A stretch of DNA of 36,691 nucleotides from NCBI RefSeq assembly GCF_001194135.2, contig NC_068998.1, positions 25,722,430 through 25,759,120 on the forward strand, in the 5' to 3' direction. Below, piece after piece: positions 23,765-36,385 of the stretch. Position 1 is the first letter of the stretch. Each line of letters begins with the position of its first letter. The stretch is from Octopus bimaculoides. Lineage: Eukaryota. The position numbers and the translations under genes were made by a program. The notes beneath the pieces are model-generated. The model had not been told where the DNA came from. It saw only the letters and a program-made list of their open reading frames with translations, and made no database searches.

Positions 23765-24719
23765 ATTATAGCTTTAATATTTATAGCTATCGCTGTGCTT
23801 CTAGTAATAATTATAGTGCTAATAATCATGGCAGCAATAATTTTATTATTAGAAAGAGTGCCGAGAATAATGATATCACTTACACTTATATAAAACACTT
23901 CAACCTCCCCAGAATTACACAGGATCTACGATCGACATTAAACACCGATATCTCACGCATTTTAATTCGTTCTCGTACACTAAACACATATTCTTATCTC
24001 TTTGGCGACCTACAGACGCCACCTCAAAGCTGACCGTATAACTTTTGACTCTTTCTGTTCTATGAAAAATACTGGAATACCTTACAAGGGGAAGATCACT
24101 AACGCATAATTTTGAATGCAACAACCTCGATCACATTGTTTACACGGGCGTGTATGTTTACGAAACGTCGTAGTTTACAGTGATCTCCTCGAATTCAATA
24201 GAGAATCTAAAGAGATATCCTTAAAATGAAAGTAAAGCACTGTTAACACACAGTAGGACACAGTTTTGACTTAATAAAGCTAAAATATACTTAGTCTATA
24301 TTATGGGAAAAAAGATGACGGAATATTGGTTCCTTACCAGCAATTAAATATAGGTACATTTGCGAGAAATGCGTTTAGTATCAAAAACTGGTCTATGCAG
24401 TTATGTTACGCCATTAAAGCTACTCAGTATATATTGGATGAGGTGCTGATGAGAGAACAATAATCCTTGAAATATGCATATACACCCATTACCACTTTTT
24501 TCTGTCTTTGACTATTTTGTTTGCATAGAATTATTTGTTTGCAGAATATTGTAACTTACAGTCTACATTCTTTACAAAATCTATAGAGGTAACCTTAAAC
24601 TCCTTTAAGACTTAAGAACGAAGAACCCTTCTGTAGTAGGGTCACTTACGTAATGTTCTCCTGTCGTCACGTCATCGTGATTTCAAATCTTTCTTACATT
24701 AACATTTTTCGTCCTAACA

Positions 24720-25400
24720 AACCTAGAGTAGTCCTTGTATTCCACGCTTTCCTGTCTGTTTGTCCTTCTACTTTCTAACACATGTGCCTGCTGAACATCG
24801 CTTCAGTCTTCCTTTGCCACTTGCGCACAGTTACGTTACAGTGATAGCCAACCCGCCTTTTTCTCCAACTGTGTATTCTTTCCTTTAGGTCAAGAAATAA
24901 ATCACATACAGCAGACACATCTACTTGCTCACCTTTCTTTTCTTACTCGTTAGTAGTTCACCATCATTTTCCTGTCTCACTGTAATGCTTATACTTGACG
25001 TGACTGCAACATTCTATAATGTTTTTCACTATACTTAGAAAGTGTTCCTTCGTATTTCTTATCCATTCCCGTCTGATATCTCTCATTACTCAGCAATGAA
25101 TTCAGTCATTGATAATAAGTTTTCTGCCAATACTGGACAGCTTTCACTCTTAGAAGTCTTGCACCATTTTTCTTCTCCTCCCACTGCCTTGGATTTTCAT
25201 GTTTCTCTTTGTTTTCTCCGCCATTCATTTGACCATTCAATACATAACAGTACTTTCCACTGGTTAAACTTCCTTGCGTGTCGCTAAAACGCCTACACTA
25301 ATTTTCTCTTTTCTTCTGTCCATCTGATCTACCTGCGTCTATACCTCTCACTAGAATTTCTCCATTTCGTCTTTCTATTTAACTAGTTTTTCAATCCGAT
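24720..25400 (-). mobile_element. Possible decayed RTE-like LINE remnant
   Basis: Purine-rich minus strand with weak pieces such as ENDGELLTSKKRK (IKDExGxLL-like). Many stops and no RT core motif recovered. Confidence 0.35.
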
Positions 25401-26173
25401 ATATATTATAAACACTGTCTCTTTCAAAATATCCGTCTTCATCTACTAAAAGGAAGGCCGTCACTCTGCTGCATGGAGCGATCAAAATCCGTATTAGTTG
25501 ATATTTTAATTTGCTTTATGTCCGCGTAAATTATTGTTTCAGTATTGTATTTACTGGTATAATACGCATTGTAGCATCAAACATACATCGAAGATTTCAA
25601 ACAAGTATAAAGATATGAACTAATTACAGCATTTATTTGTTTAAGCTTTCATATACATACACACCTAATTCCTATTATCACTTACTTGTCTTTCTACTTC
25701 CATGCCCACACGATTTTGATTGCTCTTGAAGGCGGCATTTATATCTCTGAACATAATCTTAATTCTTAGACTAACGATTATGCTTTAATGGCTACGATTT
25801 CTCTGGAGAAAACGCAAAAGCGTGAAGTTACATGGTTTTGTGTTTATGGCTCACTAACTGCCTGAAACATTTTTGGCAGTAAAAACAAAATTTTGAGGGC
25901 ACCCATTTTCTTTCCAAAACCACACCCACAAAAACGTACTCACAGGTTCAAAGTTTAATACCTCTCATTGTTGTTGATTAACGTTTTGTGTATTGAAAAT
26001 CAAAATAGGATTCACATTTTAAGAACATCACGATTCGAAATGAAGGAAAAGTATTTTTTAATATAATTGAGACTGTATAGTGCATTCAAGTCAGCACTGT
26101 CTTCAAAAAGCCCACTAATAAAAACTTCGTGAGTGGATTTGGTCGACGGAAAATAAAGCTCACAGAAGACATA

Positions 26174-27283
26174 CTGAGTGTTCTGAAATTAAAGCAATCG
26201 AAGTTTCAGGCTTTTATAACTATCAATAAATATGATAAGATATGAAACTTATACATCATTATAAAAGCTTAGTGTGTTTCTTTTTGTTTCAGACTAAATA
26301 AATTCAGATGAATATATTAGATAATGGGTATGGACCGAAATACAGTCATAACCCTCCACAAAGGAGGTGAAAGCAATACAGCTATAGCACAAAAAGCTTA
26401 AAATTAACCAAAAACCAGTCTACAAATTGTCAAGAAATTTCAAGAGATAGGTTCCGTTGCTGATCGTCCTGGTCTTGACAAAAAGAAAAAAAGAAATGTG
26501 CGGATCCTTCTGCTTATCGAAAATACCAGAGAAAAGTCGCAGTGAAATCCTCGTGGTTCCGTCAGAAAACGGGCTGCCACTGCAAAAATAATCTGAACAT
26601 CGATTATCGAGTGTTCTAAGGAGGATCTTAGAACCCACCTGTACAAAATCATCCACGTTCATGAGCTCATGCAAGTTTATAAGGCTATGAGACTACAGAG
26701 AAGTCGTCTTATCCTGCGTCAGAATGCTGAAGGCACGCTGCCCAATCTGGGGTTCACTGATGACAAGAAATTTCACATCGAAGAGACAGCAAGCCACAAT
26801 AATGACCAACGTTGGCGTGTATCTGACTGCGTCGAGTGTAGACACGTAAATCGACGTCAAATTATGATTTGGTAGGCTGTGGGAGCTACTGAAATGTCTT
26901 CGCTCGTTTTGCCCCCTCGCAAAATTAACACCCAGCGATACATTAGCAACATTCTGGAAGCTGAAATGCTTCCATGGGCAAATTAAGACTTTCAAAGCGC
27001 ATTTTGGAGCTTACGACAGGACTCGACATCATCACACAGCTCCAAGCTGATTCGGAAAAAAACATTCATCTTTCATAGGGAAGGTATGCCCCCCACCCCC
27101 AATAAGATCCGATCTCACCTGCTGGATTTTTTGGTTTGATCCATTTTGGAGACGAGTGTCTCAAACACCCCTCATGCTTTACTCGACATTCTGAAGGTAA
27201 AACTACAGGAATGAGGTTCAATTCCGCAAGAACTGTTGCGTGCTGCATGAGAAGCATTCACACCTAGACTAAAGGCAGTGTAA
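26174..27283 (+). mobile_element. Tc1/mariner-superfamily transposon, decayed (mariner/maT-like DDxD); right end missing
   Basis: TA plus TIR-like ctgagtgttctgaaatt at 26172. ATG at 26330: MDRNTVITLHKG...VYKIVKKFQEIGSVADRPG (HTH). Then FTDDKKF, KINTQRYI.NIL, QDSTSSH, DL..LDF.VWSILE-like, PRLKAV. Confidence 0.88.
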
Positions 27284-27391
27284 TGTTTCCCTCACTATTG
27301 CATTGTAACGCCCGGACATGAAATATAGCAATATCTTCTTTGGCAAAATTGGAAGAAGTTGATTGCCTTAATTTGAGGATATCCTGTATAT

Positions 27392-27437
<46 letters not shown>

Positions 27438-28335
27438 NNNNNNNNNNNNNNNNNNNNNNNNNNNNNNNNNNNNNNNNNNNNNNNNNNNNNNNNNNNNNNN
27501 NNNNNNNNNNNNNNNNNNNNNNNNNNNNNNNNNNNNNNNNNNNNNNNNNNNNNNNNNNNNNNNNNNNNNNNNNNNNNNNNNNNNNNNNNNNNNNNNNNNN
27601 NNNNNNNNNNNNNNNNNNNNNNNNNNNNNNNNNNNNNNNNNNNNNNNNNNNNNTATACATACATGTACATATACATATATATGTGCATATACATACAAGT
27701 ATGTGAAATTAACAGATTTTGTCGTCGATTACAAAGATAATGAACAGCTTAATAGATTGTCAATACACATTGGAGTCTCATCCAAGGTATCTACATTACA
27801 TGACCAATCCTAGAGTAAGATGTTGCGAACTAATTTATAAAGGCATCAAATCTAGTACATCATAAAGTGTGGTTTGCTTACTATTAATATTTTGCCCTTT
27901 GTTTAAGAATCAGATTTCTGTTAACAGGAATGCCGGTTCACACAGAATTAAGGTATCATATAGTAAGAGTAAATCTGCTTAGTAACATAGAAACATCATA
28001 CTTTTCTTATTCCTCTATATCTTAGAAAAAACAATAGCAGTAGCTGTAATCGATTTACAACCTTTATTGGGTCTTATCTGAGATGTCTAACTTACGTGAT
28101 CACTCCCTGTGAAACAAGTAACCAACTCATTTATATTAGATACACATCAAGTCTCGTAACTCCATAGAACTGGAACAGTTGTTCTGTATAGTTTTTTTAG
28201 GTAACTGTTTGATATCAAAGACATGTCAACAGGAATTCAAGGCTACACACTATTAAATTATGACATAATACATGTAAACCTACGGAGGCGGCATACAAAA
28301 ATATATATATTTCTCATTCATATATGAATATACAC

Positions 28336-28448
<113 letters not shown>

Positions 28449-28704
28449 TATACATATATATCATGAAGATGTATTTGCATAGCAAATGACTTGATCTGAG
28501 ATCGTGTGCTGAAACAAAAGCAATTAGAGTGTGGGAGGTGTTTATAAGCCATTTGAAAACACAAAAACCGTTAGATTCACTACAATATTTAAATTTGTCA
28601 AAATATTTTCGTCGCTTTGAAACCGTGACCTGTTCACTGACGAAATTCCGTGCTGCACGGAATTTTGCGCCAAACTGATTGGCAAGATAGGCCGTGATGG
28701 ATAT

Positions 28705-28851
28705 ATAATTCTTCCTACTGAAGGCACAAGGCCTTGAAATTTTGTGGGCGGGGACTAGTCAATTAAACTGACCCCGGTGTTTCAATGGTATTTAATCTAT
28801 CGACCCCGAAAGAATGAAAGGCAAAGTCGACCTCAACAGAATTGAACTCAG
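28705..28851 (-). mobile_element. 5'-truncated tRNA-derived SINE with a 12-bp TSD
   Basis: TSD cgtgatggatat at 28693-28704 and 28852-28863. The element starts at ctgagttcaatt (B box) on the minus strand. Confidence 0.88.
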
Positions 28852-29069
28852 CGTGATGGATATGCAATACAGTACACTTCGGATAATATATACGTGTGTA
28901 CGTGTGTGAAGTATGTGTGTTTGTGTGTTAGTGTGTGTGTGCGCGCGCTTGTGTTACACAGCAGATGAGATTTGATAGGTTCCATTGCAATTACCTAAAA
29001 TTTCATTTTTTTTTTTTGTTATTCGCATCTTTACCTATATATTTAATAATTAGGATCACCGACTCGATC

Positions 29070-29268
29070 GAAACTTACGTTACGCAAAATGCTTAGCTAT
29101 ATTGTGTGCGATTACATATTGTGAGTTCAGATCGCATCAAGGTCGATTTTGCCTTTCATCCTTTCTGGATCCATAAAATAAGTTCCTGTTCAACACTGGG
29201 ATCGAAGTAATCGATCAGCCTTATCTCCCAAAATTTTAGGCGCTGTGCCAAAATTTAAAACTAATATA
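29070..29268 (+). mobile_element. tRNA-derived SINE, first of three in tandem
   Basis: caaaatgcttagc...gtgagttcagatc...aaggtcgattttgcctttcatcc...ctgggatcgaagtaatcga...ccaaaatttaaaactaatatatt. Confidence 0.8.
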
Positions 29269-29282
29269 TTTTTGTCTTTGAT

Positions 29283-29522
29283 GCCAGCGAACTGATAGAC
29301 TCGTTAGCACCTCCTGGCAAAAAGCTTAGCAGCATTAGCAGCATTAGCAGCATTTCATACAACTTTTCTTTCTGAGTTCAAATTCTGCCAAGGTCTGCTT
29401 TGCCTGTCATCTGTTCTGGATCTATAATATAAGTATTATTTGAGCACTTCTGTGGAAGTAATCGACTAGACTCCACTCCCAAAATTCCAGGCTTTGCTCC
29501 AAAATTTAAAACCAATATATTC
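29283..29522 (+). mobile_element. tRNA-derived SINE, second of three in tandem
   Basis: gcgaactgatagactcgttagcac, internal (ttagcagca)x3 stutter, ctgagttcaaattc, ending ccaaaatttaaaaccaatatatt. Confidence 0.85.
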
Positions 29523-29531
29523 TTTCCTTTA

Positions 29532-29755
29532 AAGGCCATGAGCTGGCAGAATTGCTAGCGACTCCAGGCAAAATGCTTGGCGTGATTTCGTCCGTCTTTA
29601 TATTTTGAGTTAAAATTCCGCCAAGGTCAACTGTGCTCCTCATCTCTTCCAGGTCGATAAAATACGTACCAGTTGAGCACTGGAGTCGATGTAATCGACT
29701 TGCCCTTTCTCCTAAAATTACTGGCCTTGGGCCGAAATTTGGAATCATTATTGAT
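29532..29755 (+). mobile_element. tRNA-derived SINE, third of three in tandem
   Basis: aaggccatgagctggcagaattgctagc...gagttaaaattccgccaaggtc...actggagtcgatgtaatcgact...ggccttgggccgaaatttggaatcattatt. Confidence 0.88.
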
Positions 29756-30700
29756 AATTACTTTATGATTATAAATAAAGGTAATACTTCCTTAACACTC
29801 TTTGAAATGATATACGATATATTAAATCTTATTCTAACCAGTCTGTTGAGGAAGGGAGATTATGTTTTGAAATACGCGTGTCTAACAAGTTAACTGTCAG
29901 ATTTCATTTATGTAGGTTGCATTATTGATTATTTTTCCGTGTTTTCTTTTCCCCCACTTCTTATTTCCTACAACGTAATGGTAAAATATAGAAGTTTCTA
30001 ACATTTGCGTCAGTGACCGATCAATATTTCGTTCCATTTTTCTTTACTGACTGCAAGCATTTCAAATATTTTATTTTCAAGTTTTCACATTATTTTTTTT
30101 TTCTCTTCATTTCTGTTCTTAGTTTCTCTCCGAACATAAACGTGTTAATTTATAATTCAACAAAAAGATGCTCTTAGAGTTTTGTTTTCTTTTTCAAGTG
30201 TTTCTTGCAGTTGTAGAATTCCTTTCTTTTCTTTTATTTCAATTTCATATTTTACTTTCAATTATTTTATTCTGCTTTTTTTTTTCTGAAAGACATAAAC
30301 AAGACGGAAGTGCAGCTTATTTCAATGATATTTCTATTATTTCTACATGAATGAGTAAAATTAAGCATTTTTTTCCCATCGATAATAAACTTAAAACTAA
30401 TAAAATCAAATAACATAAAACATATCAATTCGCATATTAGTGTGTGTGTGCGTGTGTGTGCGTGTGTGTGTGTGTGTGTGCGCGTTTGTGTGTGTATGTG
30501 TGTGTGTGTGTATGTGTGCGTGTGTGTGCATTTATTTGTATATGACCGCGTGTATGAATGTCTGCATATATATATATATTGAAGCAATAATTATAAATAA
30601 ATGTATATGCATGTGTGTATAAACATATATATGTGTGTGTGAGTGAATGTGTGTGTGTATCGGCGTGTATACGTGTGCATTTATATCAGAATATACATGC

Positions 30701-30753
<53 letters not shown>

Positions 30754-30759
30754 CATACA

Positions 30760-30791
<32 letters not shown>

Positions 30792-32744
30792 AGTATATTA
30801 GTGTGTACCTATATGTGGGTACATGGAGATGAATAAGTGTATCATTGTTGCAAACGTGTGTACGTGATTGTAAAACGGTATTTGTGTGTAGTAATAAACC
30901 TTTCATATTAATTTCATCAGACTCTGACTTACTTTGGGATCTCATTGTATTTAAATAGTTTTACGCATGTTTATTTTGTATTGTTTTTTATTTCATCGGT
31001 GGTCCAATGTGAGGATAATTACCTGAGTTGTGTCTCGGGGATCAGTGAATTATGATTTTATTGAACATATTCCTCTCTTAACATCAAACACGTATTTTGC
31101 TTGGGTGCTTCAGTTTTACTTAGATCTTCAAAAGAATGCGAACGTTTGGGCCTCCAGCTAGGCCTTTCGCGATACTATTAAATTTTCAGCAACCCCTCGT
31201 ACATAAAATGTGTGGGTTTGAAGGTTTTGCACAAACTGAAAATCCAATCCCACCACACATAAACATGCAGAAGCACACATATGCACGAACAGACACTCAC
31301 GCAACCACCACACAAACAAATCTCACACATATTTATATTCCTTTAAGTTCTCCAGACAGTGGATTTCTCTATCGATTGCAGATATCTAGAACGGAGAAGA
31401 GAATTTTCCTCATTTTCTTTCTTGTTACATACACGTATCTCTTTGTAAGCGTGCATATGTGTGCATTTGTATGCTTCTATACGTTTGGGTGTGTGTGCGT
31501 GGGTGCAACATTAGAGACCTTTTATTAATATTTAGAGCAAACACCAGCATATTTACTAATGGCAGATTCACTACAGTTTGCAACAGTCAAATTTATTAAT
31601 CATTTCGATTTAATTAGAACCTTAAATTTCGTCTCAAATGATGTCCTGCTGTGTATGAGCGATTCTGTGTTTATGGACGTGTATGCGTGCATGCGTGCTT
31701 GCCTCTATACGTATGCCTCTTTTATATTATATATGTATATAGTTGCGTATGATATTTTACTTTATATTTGTATATGTGTGTGTAGGTGTGTGTGAATGTG
31801 TGTGTATGTACGTATGCACTTGTGTTTCTCAGGTAACGTATTTTTCCTTTGTATGCGTCTATTATATCTTACTGTTCACAGGCTCACAGAACGTTAACGA
31901 TACAACCTAATATTACCAGATTTTGTTTAGTTCTTATAAATAAATGGCACACCATTAAAGAACTTGGTTACATATGCATTATTGCTAGAGTATATGTTTG
32001 CCAATGTAGAAAGGCAATTACATTTGCTTAGTTTTCTATCTGACCTGCGTGATTCCATTAAATCCGAAACTAAAGCAAACTAATGTAGACTAAACTAGAT
32101 ATATCCATTTAGATTGCATAACTTGCTATTCAAGGGAAATATAAATTACTGTAAACTACTTTGAATTATCATTTGGTTGTTGCACTCTATTGATTGGCAT
32201 CAACACTCTGTCGGAATGCTGTTTTACTGAAATTCTGTTCAATTAATGCAAAAATATTACCCACATAGCGAAGTAAAAGTATGCGTCTAGCATATAGTCA
32301 TGAATAAGTGACAAGCTGCATGAGCTAGGCTAGAGATACATAAAGATGCTACTGATATTCAAACATTATTTATTGATGAGAAAGCATTTGTACAATGAAT
32401 GGTTTCATTGTGGTTTTTCCTTATCTTTACCTTTATTATTGACTTTTGCGCAATAATCATGATTTTATAACTAAATTCTGAAACCCACTACCTGTCGTTG
32501 TTTTTTTACCTCGGGCTATTACAGTACAACAGTTCAAACAGAATATTAACTATCGTCTCATTCAAGATTTATTGAACCCCTCCTATCTCCGCAGATTAAA
32601 TACAGCTAAAATTAACGATAGACGTATTTTCTCATTAGTTTTGTCGTCTACGTCTGCAACAAAAACTTCTGTCCTTTCGAAATTATTACTTTATATAACA
32701 ATATTGTGTGATATTTTGCGAGGAATTTAACTACTACAACGCTG

Positions 32745-32920
32745 AACTTGATATTGGTCATAAATTGTGGCAGAAGGCCAGCAATTGTAGGCGAGGGGAA
32801 AGTCAATTTCATCGACCCCGAAAGGATCGAAAACAGAGTCGACTGACTGCAACGGAATCTCAACTCACTACGTAAAGACGTACGAAATACCACTTAACAT
32901 TTCTTCCAGCTCACCGCCTC
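32745..32920 (-). mobile_element. tRNA-derived SINE with internal deletions
   Basis: Plus strand ggcagaaggccagcaattg...atcgaccccgaaaggat...gtcgac...cgtaaagacg.acgaaatacc...ccagctcaccgcct; head and core segments are missing. Confidence 0.75.
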
Positions 32921-32933
32921 AAACCTTCAACTT

Positions 32934-33155
32934 AATATTGATTTCAAATGTTGGCACAAGGCTTGTAATTTTTGTGGAGTGAGTAAGTCGATTACATCGA
33001 CACCAGTGCTCAACTGGTACTTATTTTATTAACCCCAAAAGGATGAATGGTAAAGTCGAACTCTGGTAAATTGGAACTCAGAACGGGAAGACAGATGAAA
33101 TGCCAATAAGCAATTTGCCCGGCGTGCTAACAATTCTGCCAGCTCGCCGCCTTAA
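32934..33155 (-). mobile_element. tRNA-derived SINE, near full length
   Basis: Reverse complement begins aaggcggcgagctggcagaattgttagcacgccgggcaaatt; full core and older-type tail are present. Confidence 0.92.
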
Positions 33156-33619
33156 ACATTTTGCTTAATATTGTCGGAAATTGTACTCCCCAGTAAAAGC
33201 ACAGAATTGGGATTTTCACAGTTGCGTATAACTATGTAACTGCACTCGAACAACTAAGAGGTGTCTCCAAGTGCACAGATAATCATCTACTTGAAATAAC
33301 AGTCAATTCTCTATCTAGTCATCCCCTCATTATGTACAAAAGATAGCATTTGCCATAATGTAGTAATGGGTGCACATTTCTTTCTTTATTGTGTCCAACA
33401 TCATTTTCTGTAATAATCACGTAAGGGATGAAATTGATGCAACGTTTCTGAATGCAAGTACTGTTCAGTTGGTATAATAATGCTGTAAATCGATTCCATT
33501 AATTTGGCTATCGTGTTCGGTTAATAAAATAATTTACAGTAAAATTTCCTAGGTGTCAAACGTATAATAGATCAAATAATTGATTCACACTTTTCGCACA
33601 ATGTCAGAAATGTTTCGAA

Positions 33620-33795
33620 AGAGGAGGAAGATCGATTTCATTGACCCCAGTACTCACCAGCTGCTTATATTATCGACTTCGAAAGAATAAAAGACAGAGC
33701 CGTCCTCTGCCGAATTTGAACTCAGACTCTAAAGACGAACGGAATACCGCTAAACTTTCGTCCGTTATGCTAAAGACTCTATCAGCTCTTCGCTC
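33620..33795 (-). mobile_element. tRNA-derived SINE (diverged, tail truncated)
   Basis: Plus strand ttgaccccagtactcaccag...gaatttgaactcagac...ggaataccgctaaac...tgcta...cagctc. Confidence 0.8.
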
Positions 33796-35738
33796 TGAGG
33801 CTGGTTGACAAACAGACGAACAGTGCTGAGTCTGAATGATTCATGAAAAGTAAATGCTGCCGACAATTTCTTACCTCTCATTAATGTGGAAGTTACTGTC
33901 AGGAGGAATTGCAGAAGAACTGTACAAATTTCGTGATGAGAACCATATATTACCAACGGTAAAAAGGTTGTAGGAGATGCAGAGGTGCCGAAGAAAAATT
34001 ATTGATAGTCAAAATAGTAATGCAAGATTATAAACGAATGAGAAATAACTTCAGAATGGCTTGGATTGATTATCGCAAAGTTTATGATATAATTCCACAT
34101 TCATGGATGATGGCGGGCTTAAATTTGTTTGGAATTGCAGAGAATGTAACGTGTTTTCTGAAGAGAAGTATCGTGAGGTGGAAAACTGAGTTGACATCCT
34201 ACGGAAAAAGCTTGGGCTCCCTGGGCATCAGAACAGGGGTTTTTCAAGTTGATAGCTTATCTCCGTTGCTTTTATTCTCTGCATAATCCTTCTGACCTTG
34301 GTACTTAGGAAAATGAACCCGGGATATCAGTAAAAGTGAAAATCTCAAACAATCAACTACCTCCTCTTCATGGATAATCTGAAGCTATATGGCAAGGATG
34401 ACGCACAAGTGAGTTCTTTTGGTGAACACGATCCACTGTTTTAGTGCTGATATTAGAATGGAACTCGGACTCAAGATGCGTGGTATAATGTCCCTGAAAA
34501 GTGCAAGGTACAGTTTCTAGCAAGGATAGAATTATCTAATAGAGAACTGATTAAACAAATTGAAAAGGAAGACTACAAATACCTTGGTATACTAATCATG
34601 GAGAAGGAAATGAAAAAACAACTGAAGGTGGAATAGTTTTGGCGCTCAAAATTGACCTGATGGAATAAAATACAAGCAGTTAATACATGGGCGATAGCAT
34701 CACTTCGGTATGGAGCTGGAATCATAAACTGACAAACGAAAGAACTAATGGATATGGATACGAAGACAAGACAAATATTGACAGTGCACAGAGCCTTCTA
34801 CTCTCAGAGTGGCACCGATACCTGTTCAGTGTATTGCTCCAGAAGAAATGGTGTGATGTGTTTAATCAATTCCCAAGATTGTATCAAAACAGAGGAAAAC
34901 AGCTTAGGGTGGGATATAAAAAATATCGTGGAACCATTGTTGAAACATGTGAAGAAATCCGGTATCATTAAAACTGATAGTCGTGTCAAGAAAGGAAAAC
35001 TTAAAGAGGAAAAGAACACTGTTTGTAAAAGATATGTACGCCACAATAGATACAAATGACCGATGGCTACGGATGCGGAGGCGTGACTTGAATATAGAGA
35101 CAGAAGCATTTATATGCGCAGCTGAAGAACAAGCGTTAGAGACTATTCATGTGAAGTGCGGAATCGATAATACTACCGACAGTGACAAATGCAGAATGTG
35201 TAGTAAGAGAGGTGACACGGTGTGTCACATCGTTTAGCGAATGCCCGAAATTGGCACAACTCGAATACAAACGACGTCATGACAATGTGGCAAGAATGAT
35301 CCATTGGGAGCTCTGTGGAAAGCACGGCCTACAAAGAGCGAAGAGGTGGTATGAGAAAATCCCAGAAGGAATCACAGAGAATGAAATCCTGTGGGATGCA
35401 ATGATTCAGTGCTGATGGGAACTGTTCATATCCTACGTAAAATATTGGCTGTGTTATCACCAAAACATTTTAATCTGTAAACAGTGTTAAAATACTTTTA
35501 AACGTACGTAATAGCAAACAACTTTTACTGTCATCTTAACATCACACTATCATCTTATCATCGAAGTACTTTTACCACAAACTTTTAATATGCTTATGTT
35601 TTGATAGACCGTGTGGAAAACCAAATATATGGCACCCTGATCATAAAACAACCTTGAACATCTGACTTCTTGTCTGTTAAGGTCTTTGGGTGAGACTTGG
35701 AGTCAACTTGTAGCGACACAAAGCAAAAGCCAAACATG
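33796..35738 (+). mobile_element. R4/Dong-clade LINE, 5'-truncated, with the RLE core deleted (copy 3)
   Basis: WLTNRRTVL; ISYLSLMWKLLSG; MAWIDYRKVYDIIPHSW; GVFQVDSLSPLL; FMDNLKLYGK; YKYLG; CRMC..DTVCHIV..C..LA..EYKRRHDNVA (CCHC); LWDAMIQ joined to VLMGTVHILRKIL; then a 3' UTR homologous to that of copy 4. Confidence 0.92.
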
Positions 35739-35837
35739 GAAGAAGAAGAAGAAGAAGAAGAAGAAGAAGAAGAAGAAGAAGAAGAAGAAGAAGAAGAAGA
35801 AGAAGAAGAAGAAGAAGAAGAAGAAGAAGAAGAAGAA
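35739..35837. repeat. (GAA)33 tract at the 3' end of LINE copy 3
   Basis: Perfect run immediately after ...aaagccaaacatg. Confidence 0.97.
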
Positions 35838-36244
35838 TGAGGATGGTCTTCCCCGTTGGATTAGGCGTATGAGTGTTTACAGAAAGAAATCACAAAAAGA
35901 AGGAGAAATCGTCACGAATCTGCATTTATATTCAATGTATGCGTAAATGTAATTTGGATCCAGGTATGGATTTTGTTATGAAGAAGCAATGGGGACATTG
36001 ATGATTTTGATTCTGCTTGGTATTGGGCAATTGTGCATCTTGGTTGCAGGATGTAGTTCATCTAGTGTTATTTTTTCTTCAACTCAAATTTTTGGCATTC
36101 GTCGTGACAAATTTTACGCCATGCAGAACCATTGAGGCAATGCTTTTCCCCAAGATGTCAAGCTAAGTTGGAGAGATTTCAATGGCTGCTTCAACTTCTC
36201 CTTATACCTAATGGCAATAATAATAATAATAAGAAGAAGAAGAA

Positions 36245-36385
36245 TATTAATTGGTTCTTAAATAGACACGAGGAACGAATAAGTCGATTACATCAACCCC
36301 AGAGTTTGAACTCAGACCGTAAAGACGGACGAAATGCCGCTAAACATTTTACCCGGTGTGCTAACGATTCTGCCAGCACGTTGCC
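36245..36385 (-). mobile_element. tRNA-derived SINE lacking most of the core
   Basis: Reverse complement aaggcaacgtgctggcagaatcgttagcacaccgggtaaaatgtttagcggcatttcgtcc...ctgagttcaaactc, joined directly to tggggttgatgtaatcgact. Confidence 0.85.

Noticed and set aside
24120-24180. cgaaacgtcgta as a third hammerhead
   Set aside because: A GAAAC and GUA end is present, but there is no usable CUGANGA core or stem II.
25436-25500. Helitron-like 5' start (tcttcatctactaaaagg)
   Set aside because: No matching 3' hairpin plus CTRR end was found.
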